Shown in pieces: positions 36,793 through 49,300 of a DNA stretch of 64,000 nt. This DNA is from Azolla caroliniana (Eukaryota > Plantae > Polypodiophyta). The stretch lies in contig JBHGNT010000022.1 of NCBI GenBank assembly GCA_043228905.1, positions 7,936,001 to 8,000,000 of the forward strand, in the 5' to 3' direction. Numbering within the stretch: position 1 is the stretch's first letter; each line of letters starts with the position of its first letter. Below the pieces are notes generated by a model. That model did no database searches, was not told the origin of the DNA, and worked only from the letters and a program-made list of their open reading frames with translations. The translations under genes were made by a program, and so were the position numbers.

Positions 36793-39569
36793 ATGTCTTC
36801 AAAGAGAATCGAGCGTGAGGACTCCAGGTAGGCCTCTGACACTGTGGACATTTTTGTAAATATGTTTCGTTTCTCAAGAACTCGATACGCCGTATCGAGT
36901 TCATGTATACAATACAAATATTTATACACGAACTCGTACGCCGTATCGAGTTCGTGTTTAAAGTGTAGGTTTCAAAAAGAATCTCGATACGCCGTATCGA
37001 GTTTCTGTTTAAAACCTACACTATAAATAGGAACTATCGAGTTCCTTTTTAAAATTCAAACTTTAAACATGAACTCGATACGGCATATCGAGTTCCTGTT
37101 TAAAGTGTAGGTTTTAAACACGAACTCGATACGGTGTATCGAGTCCCTATATATAAGAAGGCTTTGAGAGAGAAAAATCGTTTATGGGGTGGAAATGATA
37201 TCAAATTGTCTGGCAAAATCAGTCTTTTTTATGTTGACTTTACTTACTTTTAAAGAAATACATGCTCTAATTATAGGTGTTTTATGACCTACTTGAGCTT
37301 AAAATAGTAGAAAATGATCCACAAATTGCCTTTACTATGGCAAATTCTCCTCAATATAGGTTTAGAATCTATATAAGTCATACCTACTATTTAAAAGAAT
37401 ATCTAACCCGTTTTACTTATTACGATATATATTTTCTAGGTTGAATAGCCCTGCCTATAATAGATTTTTGAATATGTTACTGCTCCTGGAAACTGTTCTT
37501 CATTATAATATACAACTTCAATCTACGTGACTGCCTAACTTATGTTTTTGCATATACTTTCTTAAATAGGTCGTTTGAGAACCTGTCGGACCGACCCGTG
37601 AAGAAAATTAAGCTTCGCATACAAGGTTCTCCAATCGAAGCCCAGACCAAGGTAGCTCTTGAGACCATGAAGAGAGGAAAAAAGCTTCTCTTTAACGAAG
37701 AGACAAAAGCTCAGCCACATAGTGATGTTAGCCAAAAGAAACTTGTCGCCGCTACTGGAGGCGAAGACCTTCCTGACCGAGATCTAACGGACAAGGAATG
37801 GTGTATGCAATATGTCGACTCAAAGAAAAAAGTCATATTGTATACAACAAAGAAGAAGGGTGAGGGGCAGCTTGGAAAAGAAACCCCATTTATGTATGGC
37901 CGTATTCTACGATTTGACTACGAAGATGCAGATTCGGCCAACATACTGGTAATGATAGAGTGCTCCAAGGGGGTACGTAAAGTGTTCCTTTCAGAAGACC
38001 TTTTAGTAAAGGAATCTTGTGGGCCTGAAGTGTTCAAAAAAGCACTTGATAACTCACAAAACCTTATTGTTACCTTGAGGCCTTATATACAAGGCCATGT
38101 AACTCTAAGAGATGAAGTGCCCTCCCCCTTGAAGGCCACAAAAAAGGTATCCAAAGTCCAGTCAAGACCAGCCAAGAAGAAGACAACGAAAATGTCGGAT
38201 ACGGATTCAACAAGTGAAAATGAAGAAGAGGATAATAAGGGGACGCCAGGAGCCGAGCTGGCCTCGGGTGTTTTGTCATCCGAGCAGAATAAAATAAGGA
38301 GAGAGTTAATGCAACGGAAGCTGGTCAGGAAAGGGCAAGTATTTAATTTGCCTATAACACACATCCATCGGCCCCCTATTGATGAAAAAACAGGTCGAAG
38401 AACACTTGAGATTAGAGAGCCTCACCGCATGCATGTTCAAAATCTCAAGAAAAAAATGAAAATTAATCCTCATGCCACTGTGGTGCCTTTTATTGTTATG
38501 GTAGATCCTGAAGAATGTGAAACCATTGAAGATTTTGATATTAGAAAGCATGATCAATATAATTATTTTGTCATTGGTGGATCGCATTCAGTAGAGGCAC
38601 GTCGGCAACTTGTGAGAGAACATCCAACCACTTTCTTCTTCAAGTATGCCGAGTGCAAAATTTATGTTGGGCTCACAACCGAAGAGGCTAAGCTGTTGGC
38701 ATGGGACCATAATAATGATAATGACTATAGGCAGAAAATGTCGTCTATTGAGCGTATACGGTTCTTCCACCACGAGTATTTAGATGTGAAACAAAAGTTT
38801 GGTGTGAAGTTACATCCAGGCCTTCGACGTCAATGTCTGCATGAAGTCGACATTGTGGTAGATGATAATGTTAGGTCCGATGGTCTTCGAAAGTATGAGT
38901 CTTGGTTTCAATTGGCGTTTAGAGATGGAGAATCAAAGAGCATTCTAATGAAGTGGGAGGTTCAAATCTGTTGGTATATCCAGCAGTGACTCGGAAATTG
39001 CGACATGTCACCACGACAGAACGGGGACTTGTCAACCCATACCAAAAACCTCAACGACTTATGATGCGCTTGATCGAGATGTTTTCTGTCGAAGGAGACT
39101 GGATATTAGATCTCTTTTCTGGCACAGGTATTCCTCGAACTAGGGTAACGATCTTGAGATAACCAATCACTTTTTTTTCGTTTGACAACTAAATCTTCTT
39201 GTTACTTACATCATAGGAACTACGTCAGCATGTGCATTGAAGCTGTTTAGAAATACAGTTGCATTGGAGAAGGACGAGGACCAAGTTATATTTATTAATA
39301 TGCGGATTAAGGCTTTGTGGGAGTGCCCAGACCAGGATGAGGAGGTCGGTGCAAAGAACCTCGCCAATACAGAAAGGTTTCAACCTGCTTCGCGAGAGCC
39401 TATTCCTCTGTTAGCCGGCGAACCGGGGGAGCTAATAGAGCTTGATGATGAGCTTATAGAAGATATTCCGTTGGCTCGGCTAATAGGGGAAACCAATGCA
39501 TGTATAGCCGAAGACAGTTCTACACAAGATGATGAAGAAAATGACGTTGATGAATTGATTGCTATGTAA
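36793..39569 (+). pseudogene. Spliced cargo gene: ParB-like domain plus C-terminal part of an N4C/N6A DNA methyltransferase (exons 36793-36827, 37570-39127, 39217-39569; frame break ~38930)
   Basis: GT-AG introns keep frame; ParB-like LPITHI...IREP..HVQNLKKKM...PFIVMV...YFVIGGSHSVEA...AKLLAWDHN...MSSIERI; MTase YQKPQRLMMRLIEMFSVEGDWILDLFSGTG|TTSACALKLFRNTVALEKD. Confidence 0.8.
36878..37146. repeat. Array of five ~25-bp palindromes GAACTCGATAC-NNN-GTATCGAGTTC plus a half site, in intron 1
   Basis: Copies at ~36878, 36930, 36983, 37071 and 37122; some extend into longer hairpins. Confidence 0.92.
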
Positions 39570-42500
39570 TAGACTCTATGAAGAATATGACATTGACGAT
39601 TTGTTAAGATTTCACATTATTAATACAAATATTGGGTTTTACCTAGTGGATTCTATTCTTTATAATCTTCTATATGTTTCAATTTTATTTTTATATACTT
39701 GATTAGTAGATTTATGACATTGGTTTCACCGCGTGCATAGCTGACTACCAAACTTATGGAGAAACATGAACTAGTTTAAATGGAGGCTGATTTTGGTCCA
39801 AGCTAACCTTAACAGAACATGGCCCTATAATTGTTGCCATGACTGACCATGTTGTTATTATGGATCTTTGTCTTCTATTGTTAAAACTATTATGTTTCTA
39901 TTCCATTGCTGCTTAGATTGTGTAGTGTGTTGATAATGGTTCCAGTTGCGTTATCGTTCAGAGTTTGATCTTGTGTGAATCACCTAAGCAATAGAGTAGA
40001 TCAATTTTAAATACAGGTATGAAAGCCTAATAGGTTTGTTATTTCCACGACATTATCCTAAAGTTCACTGCCTTACATTGTGCACAATTATATACACATA
40101 TGGTTTGATTCCATATGAACAAACTGAGGAATAGATTAGATCAACTTTAAATACAAGTATTGAATACTTTAATAAGTTAGTTATTCCAATCACTTATCCT
40201 AATGTGCACTATCCTACATTTTCCACAATTACATACATGCACGTATGGGTCAAAGTATAAATTATATCTCATTTTATTAGTATGGATACAAGTACACCTC
40301 ATATTTTTGTAAAACCTACCTAATTAATATAAGTCTTTAAGTTAGTGTTTCCCTTGTCGCACAATATTGCCATATTGAGCCATAGTTGAACTTTATTATG
40401 CCTACATTAACTTATCAACATGTCTAAACTTGCATGATTTCTAATGATCTCCACTCGTAGATCTATCATGTATTTTTATATTTGCAAATTCTCATCAAGT
40501 TGAGGAACATGTGATACTAGTGCATCCAATTATTGTAGAGAGGGTGTATTTGCTTCGTTTTAAGAAGATTCTACAAGTGGAATGCGCAATCCTTCCACTT
40601 GTGAACGCGAACGTGTTATTTGACCCTTTAAACACCAATCAATCCACGATTGTTCTCCTGTTTGTAGAGGTAAGGGACCTTGCATCAACGGAATATTAAT
40701 TAACTGTTGCCAAATAAACCCATAATTAGGCGGAATGCGTAATAATTGTCGTGCTTCAACAAACTCCAAAACTCTTTGAGATGGAGCCTCAACTATATCT
40801 CCCACCTCTTTGACCCACCAACGAAACAAACGATTAAATTGAGAGCGTAATCTCTTCTTTCTTGGCCAACATAATAACTGAGAAGACACAAGTAACTCTT
40901 TTTGCAAAGAATTATAATGCTCTCTACTAGATGATGGTTTCCATACACATAACAAGAGTGCTTCTTGCCATGAGGTAACCAAGTGTTCAACACATGTAGA
41001 GCCCGGAATCCTAAGTGAAATACATCCATTTAGTAATTGCCACCATGAACCCTTAATTGTTGTCCTCCCATGTGTTAGACCCTTGTTCTCAATGAAATAT
41101 TGAACAATAGATATCCATGGTTGTGAGTTTGAACACATGTCTTGCAATAATGAACATCTACGAGCCATCATATGCTTAGATAAGTTCAATACTCCAGCTC
41201 CCCCCAAGCGCTTAGGAGTTGTTGGATGATTCCATGCAACCCAAGTGATTCCCATCTTATCCCTTTTCTTCCACAACGAATATCGAAGAGGTCGCAAAAT
41301 AGAATGCAAAGCCTTCTTTGTCCACAACAACAATGGTAAGTAATATAATATCATAGGTTCCATAATACATTGTACAACCTTCAAACATACATGAAATGGC
41401 CAAGATTGTGATTTCCAATACATGAACTTATCCCTCAACTTACTAGACATCCATTCAATCAATTGACCATTTCTAACATTCATTCCTAATGGATAGCCCA
41501 AGTGTCGAAAAATAGAGCCTTTCTTCACCACGGATCCTTGCCATCCTAAACATTCCAAATCCCTTTCAGTACATGATATGAGACTAGACTTCCTCCAATT
41601 AATATGTAATCCGGAAGCCAATGAAAATTGGTTCCATACAAGCATCCCCTTCTCAAGATTCTCTCGTGAGGCTTGTAGAAACATGAAAGAATCATCAGCC
41701 AAAGCTTGTGCAACTAGTTGCCCTCCAGACGAAAAGTGTAGACCCACAATATCACTACTTGTTGCAAGCCTTGATAGCATCACTAACGAGGGATGAGTAA
41801 CAATAGCAAACAACAACGGGCTAATAGGGCATCCTTGACGAATTGATCTTGTAAGGGCAATATCTGATGTAAATCCTCCATTAAGTATGACTCGAGACAT
41901 CGCATCTTGTCCTAATAAAAATATGAGGCGAGATGTACGAGGTCCAAAGCCCATTGTATGCATTAACCTAGAAACAAAGGACCAATTAACATGATCATAA
42001 GCTTTCTCCAAATCTAATTGCACCATAATCAATTCTTGATGAGTTTTTCGAGCATAATCCATAGTCATTTGAACATTCAACACATTATGCAATATATTCC
42101 TACCTGCAATAAAACCATATTGGGTGGGATGTATCAACTTTGGCAAATACTTTTGTAATCTATTTATCAAGACCTTTGGAAATATCTTATACAACCCCCC
42201 CATCAAAGAAATAGGCCCCCATTGATGAAATGACTCTGGAGATGCCACCTTTGGAACTAATTTAATTAGACCATGTAAAAATTGCTCCCTTATATATTTA
42301 CAAGAAAACATCCTTAATAGTCTTCCCCAATACTTTCGAGCTACACTACAAGTCCAAAATAAATGCTTTAAAGTTTCCTCCTGTACTTGGCATCATACAC
42401 AACGACGATCATCGACTTGCCCTTTTAAATGAGAACCTACATGCAAAGCATAATGAATCATTAACCACTTAAAAGAAATTGTTCTCTGCATACATGGTAA

Positions 42501-45500
42501 AGCCCATAAACTTTTCCAAAATGCTGCCATATATTTATGTGATATAGCACCTAACTCCCAATACTTTTGTGCATCAAGATTTATGCAATGTTGTTTCATC
42601 AAAAAATGTCTCCCATATGCCACAAAGTATTGAAAAATGGGGAAAATCCTACTCACATGTTCATTTGTCAAGGAATAGCCAACCAACCGCCATGCATAAT
42701 CAGCTGGGTCCCACTTAAGATGTGCCACTGGCTTACTTTGGAATACCCATATTTGTATTGCATGATCCGCCAAAAGAGGGCTTGGATCTAAGAAAATCTC
42801 CTTGTTTAACCGAGCAATAACCCTAATGGGTTTTTCGGAGGCTAGCTGCATAATTTCAGCTTCTTCATCCACTAAATATAAAAGACCATCATCGGGAACC
42901 TCATAAAATCTTATTTGACCCTGATTAGCATAAGCCCAGCACCTATTAAAACACCCAAAGAAGAGAAAAGACCATACCATACCATGCATAAGTATTAGCC
43001 AAATTAAGTTTCCTTTGACTATTTTGAAAAGCTTGCTGAATCTGCTCAGACATCAAACAACCTCCACACAAGGAAGATAAGAATTTTTTTCTGTCCTCCT
43101 TCGAGAGCTTTTAAAACCATCCTGAGTCCTTTTTTCCCCATGATAAACGCAGTCTAATTCCTAAAACACAACTAGAGCTATCAGTAAACAAAGGATTCCA
43201 TAACAACGGTTGCCTTAAAATTTGGGCTTCTGTTGCTGGAAGTTGAAATAGGAGAGCGTCTCTAATGTCCTTCCATACCCTCAAATTACCTGTAAAGAAT
43301 CTCATAGAACCAACATTATGAGCCTTAATTGGAAATTCAAAGTTAAACAACCATCAAAAACTATCTTGCCACTATCCTCCTATTGTAGATTTAATGTTAC
43401 GAAGAGATAACAACCATAACTTTTTCCACAACTCATTCCCAGGAATAAATCCTCTCACAACCTGCTTTGCAAGAAGGGCCTTACTCTAGAGCAAAGGATC
43501 TATTAAGCCAAGTCCACCTTCACGTATTGGTTGGATTAAAATTGACCAAGCAACTTTTGCAACAACCCTTGATCCCAAAGGAGCACCCCAAATAAAATTA
43601 CGAACTAAACGTTGTAGTTTCAATATAATAGACCGTGAAAATAGCCATGTTAATGCAACATACCCATCGATGCAAGCAAAACCAAGTTTGCCACAACCAC
43701 CCTTCCTTTTAGAGACAACTTAGTAGTATCCCAATACAACAATTTATTTCTAACCCGTAATAAAAGGGGTGTTACCATCTCTTCTGTTGACAAATCTATC
43801 CCCACTTGACATCCTAAATACCTTACAGTTGTACCTCGAGGTACCCAATAAAGCCTGGAGATGGCACATCTTGTGGTGGAGAAGATGACACAACCCAAAA
43901 TCCCATGGATGACAAAAATCCTGAAGCATCACAAATATCGGATAACACTTTTTGAAGATTCAACAAGTTCCTCGCATCTGCAGAAACATATAAAGTGGTG
44001 TCATCAGCAAATTCTAAATCAATAGCGGAGGTTGCGTATCCCTTGTATAGGTAAGCAGACACCCTTGTCTTACTCACCACGAAAGTGAAAATCTACCACC
44101 AACATCACCTGTAAACAAAAGAGAACTATGAGCGGTTTGATACAATACAGCCACTACCCTAATTCATTGCACAAGAAAGCCCATACGCAATAATGTCCAT
44201 TCCATAAAATCCCAATCCACTCTATCATAAGCCTTCTCAAAATCTACAAATAGAATAACTAAATCCTGTTGTTGCCGCTCTACAGTAGCCACCATTTCCC
44301 AAAACAAAAAATGTTGTCAAAAATACATCTTTCTTGAACAAAACCCGTCTGCGAATGATGAATTAGTTGAGGTAAAAACAGTTGTAATTTCCTTGCTATT
44401 GTTTTAGCTAAAATCTTATACACAACATTAAGCAGTGTTATAGGCCTCCATTTTCGAATATCATGCAAAGGGCCATCCCCCTTCGAAATCAAATATATTT
44501 GGCCCTTTGTCCATTCCTGAAGCATATAACCTTGGTCAAGAATTTGTTGGTATGTAGAAGTCAAAGCATTACCAATCATATCCCAATACTCTATATACCA
44601 TGAAACCCCCATCCCATCACTAGCTGGACAAACATCCTTACCTAATGCCTTAGCTGCTAACAAAACTTCCGAAGGTTGTAATGGAGAAAGCAAAGCAATC
44701 TACATTTGAGACGAAACGCGATTAGAGACCGAAGCTCAAACATAATCCCTCTTAATCAAACTATTTCTTGAGAGAGGAGCTGCAATCAACAAATTATGAT
44801 AAAAAGATGAAGCTATATCCCTCATCTCTACAACATCCGATGTAAAAGATCCATCAAAACATCTTATGCTTGTCAGATGAGGCATATGAGTTTTAATTTG
44901 ACGAGGATGAAAAAACTGTTTACAAACCGTATCAACTTGTGTAATCCATCTTGCAAAGGATTTATGATACCAAAACTCTAACCTTTGCAATTGTAAATCA
45001 ACAATCGTTTTCTAGACATCAATAACTCTCCTAGCTAAATCTATAGAATGAGGCCACTTTTCCTACAAATGTTGTAATGTTGTCAAAGCTCGTTTATATC
45101 TTCCAATCTTGGAATCATACTCAAGGTACAAAGCTTTCGCCTTATGCTGGAATACTTCCTGAATTTCCGTTAAGACATGTACCACATTAGTTAAGACAAC
45201 ATCCTTATCATAAAGATGTCAAGACCAAATAGTTTGAAAAAAATATTTACAATCTTCTCTAAAAAAAACAGAGTTAGGAATTCTAAATCTACGAGTCCTT
45301 CTTACCGATGATAAAAAGAAATTTAATTTTAGAGGAGAGTGGTCAAAGAAAGAAAAACCAGGCATAATTCCTAATTGATTGCTTCTAGTACACATGAAAA
45401 CATCACCATAACACCTATCCAAACGAGAAAGGTTGACCCTTGCCAAGCGTCTATCAAATCTTGAAAAAGATAAGGATTCTAGTAATCTATTAAAGGAAGG

Positions 45501-46144
45501 AAGTTCTAATCCAGAGATAGTACATTGTCGAGCCTTTCGGCGTCGGATCGTTTGTATGAGTCGGGTGGGAACCATTGGGGTTTTGGTCTAGGAGGAGGAG
45601 AATTTTAAGGCTAATCAGAATATAAATAGATTATAAGAAAGAGATATAAAAACCTCATGAATCCCACGAGTATAATGTATTTTATTAGATTAATCAATAT
45701 TAAGATAAGAATATGAATTTGGATTGAAAGAGAGAGATATAGAAACCTCGTGAATCCCACGAGTATAGTTTATTTCGTGAATCCCACGAATATAATTTAT
45801 TAATTGGTGTTTTTAGAAATATATCCAATTTCCAAAGTTTTCACACTCCCCCTATTACATTGTGCTCCCCATCCTTATATAGTGATGAGAGAGTCTTAGC
45901 AATCCATGCTTTTTCTCTATCTATGCACTCCATGCTTTCTCTATCTATAGACTATATGCTATCTCTAACATGCTTTTTTCTAGCCTCATGCATTTTTTAT
46001 TGACTATAGTGTTTATGCACACTAGATGTGCATGTGTAGCTTTTCTTTTTTCATGGATTTTTCTTCTAAGTAAAGCCTTTTCCTAGAAAATATGCATGAA
46101 GTAATCTTTCTATGTGGGATATCTACTTTTTTGACATTTATGAT

Positions 46145-46207
46145 GTGTTAGTGTAATGGTTAAGCTTCAAATTATTAACATGGAGGTACAAGGTTCGAAT
46201 CTTGCCC
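46145..46207 (+). other. tRNA-like segment with Pol III A and B boxes inside the LTR (also at ~52498-52560)
   Basis: TAGTGTAATGG (A box) and GGTTCGAATC (B box) at tRNA-like spacing, CAAG/CTTG T-arm-like stem, followed by T-runs; no acceptor stem. Confidence 0.6.
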
Positions 46208-46399
46208 TATGAAAGCTATATATATTTTGATATTTCTTTCTTTTTCTTCATATTTATTCAATCATTTTTTTTACACGTTTTTCACCTAGTGTACGAAATA
46301 CACTACGACACTCGCCCCCTTCGAACCCGCACATCCTCCGATATGTGCCGAGGTTGTTGGAGCTCATTATTCTCCTTCATCCGTAGTACCTTCAGTCTC

Positions 46400-49300
46400 T
46401 TCCCCTATGTCAATTATTAATTCGAGCCCACTTTCATTGCTTTCCGAACCTTCATAACTTTTGTCTAATTACTCCTTTGTATCGGTGTTGTCGAAACTAA
46501 CATAGGGTTCATCGTCACTTCGCTTCTTTAAAATCTTCACTCGTTTCCCCACTACAGGTACCCGTATTACTATCTCGTCCAACTCACATAATTGGTATGT
46601 TCCATTGTCGAATACCTTCCGAACTTCGTATGGTCCAAACCACCTTTTAGAAAATTTTCGTATCGAATTATGATGATGTCCCAAACTACTGTCGAATACT
46701 ATCACCCAATCCCCTTCTTAAATGTTTGGTGGTCGTAGACGGTGCTTTGTGTCGAATCGTCTTTTGTTCCGGAATCTTGCTTCTTGTTGTCGACGTATCG
46801 CTTCCATTATGTCTTTCGGTCTTCCCTCTAGCTGTCGTATCCGGATCGTTAGTAGTTCTTCCCGACTCATCTCTTCCTTCCATGGTAGTACTATCCATGT
46901 TGCAATTGAGGTTTCCGTAGGCATTATTGGTGTTTCTCCGGTCATAAGTTCTGTTAGCATATAACCGGTCACAAACTATTCATTGCGCAATCCGCCGATA
47001 GTGCATATGGAAGTATCTATGGCCAATTCTTCACTCTTCCGTCACATGCTTTCGCAAGTGCTTTCACGGTTGGACTATGTCCTCGTTCGATCCTCCCGTT
47101 TGCTTCTGGATTGTATGTCGTGGTTAGTGTCAACCGAACTCCATGTTTAGCGAAGAATTCCCTGGCTTTATCGGAATCAAGTTCTCCCCGATCCACAATT
47201 ACTTGTCCTACGCATCCATACCTGCAGAATACTTCTTCCAAGAGAAATTGGCATACTACAGACCATGTTTTTCTTCATAACCCCCGACCCTCTATTTGGT
47301 TCGTCAGATCCTCCCGAGCTAGCACCAAGTACTTCTTTTGTCAGATCCCTGTTGGCATGGCCACAATGTCGACCATCCATTTAAAATTGATTGTCGGATG
47401 TAATTCATCTCGATGTCGAACTCTGGAGTAGATTTGGCATTTCTTGCAGCTTCCCGTAAACTCCGCTACATCTTTGTACATATTCTTCCACCAATATTTT
47501 TTCTTGATCTTCGCAAATGTTGCCCATGTTCCCCAATGTCCAGCCCAATCATATTCATGAAATTCGGATATTATTTGTTTCTGTTGTTCCTTTCTGCCGA
47601 CTACCTGTACTGGTATGCCATCCGGTCTTTTTGGCTCGCTCCACATTAATCCATTGTCTAAGAAGAACTTATTGACTTGTCGTTTCTTCCGTTGAATCTC
47701 GGCTCTATTGTCTTTATGGTCTGATGATTCCTTCATTTCTTGTAGCACCTTCCCGTTCAGTAAGCTTTCTCCTTCGTACTCGTCTTCCCAGAACTCCTGA
47801 ATTACGTTCACCCAGGATATATGCCTCGAAGTAAAGTAATTTTCAGAAACTTCTTCATTATCCGTTTCGGCTACTTCGTCTCCAAACCGTGCTCTTGATA
47901 ACATATCTGCTACCGTGTTGTCTTTTCCAGAGATGTGTCGGATATCTAGATTAAGTGACTTTACATATGCAATCCACCTTAGCATAGCCACATACGGTAC
48001 TATGCAACATCGCATCATCCCTAATATCGGAAGACAATCCATTTCGATCACTACTTTGCCTCCAATCAAATAATCCCGATCCGATTTTATCGCTGACACG
48101 ACTCCCCATAATTCTCTTTTAACTTGTGCATATCCGCGTTGCCTTTCGTTGAGAATCTTTGCTCCGAATTGGATCGGATATCGTGAACCATCCGAGTCGT
48201 CTTGGTTAATGACCCATCCGATCCCAGTTAGACGTGTATCAACCGTTACTACGATCGGCCGATCATAGTTTGGTTTCTTAAGTGCTTTAGCCCTTCGTAG
48301 TAATTTCTTGAGCTTCTTTATGGCTTTGGTATGTTCCGGCCTCCATTCAAACTTCTTACCCTTCGCAACAAGTGATAGAGTAGGTCCACAATATGTGCAT
48401 AGTGCGGAATGCATATGTGGTAAAATGCACACGCACCAAGAAATCTACGGACTTCGGATTGTGACTCGCATATCTCTTTCATAGCTTGAATCACATTGAT
48501 CTTGATTGGTGACGGTCTTCGGCCATAGGGCCCACATAGATGTCCGACTACCAATATCTCTTCTTGTCTGAATGCCGATTTCTCTCCGGAGAGTGTTAGG
48601 TGCACATCTTCTTACTTCTGTAGCACTTTCTCGCAATCACTAATATGGTCAACTACGAACTTTCGACATCCTCGAGCATCCATAGTCCCCTCGTTTTCTT
48701 CCACCGGACATCCTTTGATTGGGATGTCATCCAGGAACAACATCGTTATCTTTGGAATGCAGTCTCAAAGCACCTTGTTCATTGCATTCATCATATGTGC
48801 AACCGAGCTCGTAGCTCCTTGTGGTAGTGTACACATCCGAACTAATCCAATCGGTGTTCGCATCGTAGTGATGTCCCGGCTATCCATAGCTAATTGGAAT
48901 TGGTCATATCCGAAGTATAGGTCTCCGATAGAGTATATCGCACACCTGGCAAATGCTTTTGCAAATTCATCCACTATCAGACCAATTCCAAAGTTTCAGA
49001 TCGTGACTTTATTCACCAGTTGTAAATCTTGAATGAACCGGAGTGACCCATTCTTTTTTAGAATCATAAACCATCGATTTGAGTACGAAGCGTTTGATGG
49101 CTCTAGAATCCCCATCGCCACCTTTTCTTTGAGCAATTCAATGATTTTCGGCATCTGTGCCCGTGGCACCGGAATTGGCTTCAAGTTCCATGGCACATGA
49201 TCAATCGTGAAGATCACCATCGACTCCACTATCTTTGGATGAACACACCCTATCTCTTTTGGTGTGAATGCGAATGTTTTTCCATGTTGCTCCAACATCT

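Larger units (their letters stand above)
31956..40617. mobile_element. Sola-like (Sola1-type) cut-and-paste DNA transposon, 8.66 kb, carrying two divergent genes
   Basis: 36-bp TIRs at 31956-31991 (aacacgttcgcgttcacaagtggaaggatcgcgcat) and 40582-40617, one mismatch; 4-bp TSD ATTT at 31952-31955 and 40618-40621; internal DDD-type transposase. Confidence 0.88.
31290..42311 (-). mobile_element. 5'-truncated L1-type LINE (ORF2 RT and zf-RVT), in two pieces 31290-31955 and 40618-42311 split by the DNA transposon
   Basis: RT motifs QLDLEKAYD, RQGCPISP, ADD; zf-RVT KVFIWRVLIGGLP...CFFC...EDSTHRFIQC; frame joins across the insertion (WCLKGQI|SLLQETTNLL). Confidence 0.9.

Noticed and set aside
36610-36831. 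QST-repeat protein ORF
   Set aside because: Derives from a 9-bp cagagcaca repeat between the TATA box and ATG 36793, so more likely 5' UTR
36878-37146. CRISPR-like array of palindromic repeats
   Set aside because: Spacers vary in length and are themselves repetitive; no cas genes; eukaryotic intron context
37598-39569. Bacterial contamination as the source of the ParB/MTase sequence
   Set aside because: Has frame-preserving GT-AG introns and lies inside a TIR element nested in a plant LINE
46145-46207. Functional tRNA gene
   Set aside because: No acceptor or anticodon stem; only the A/B boxes and a T-arm-like hairpin remain
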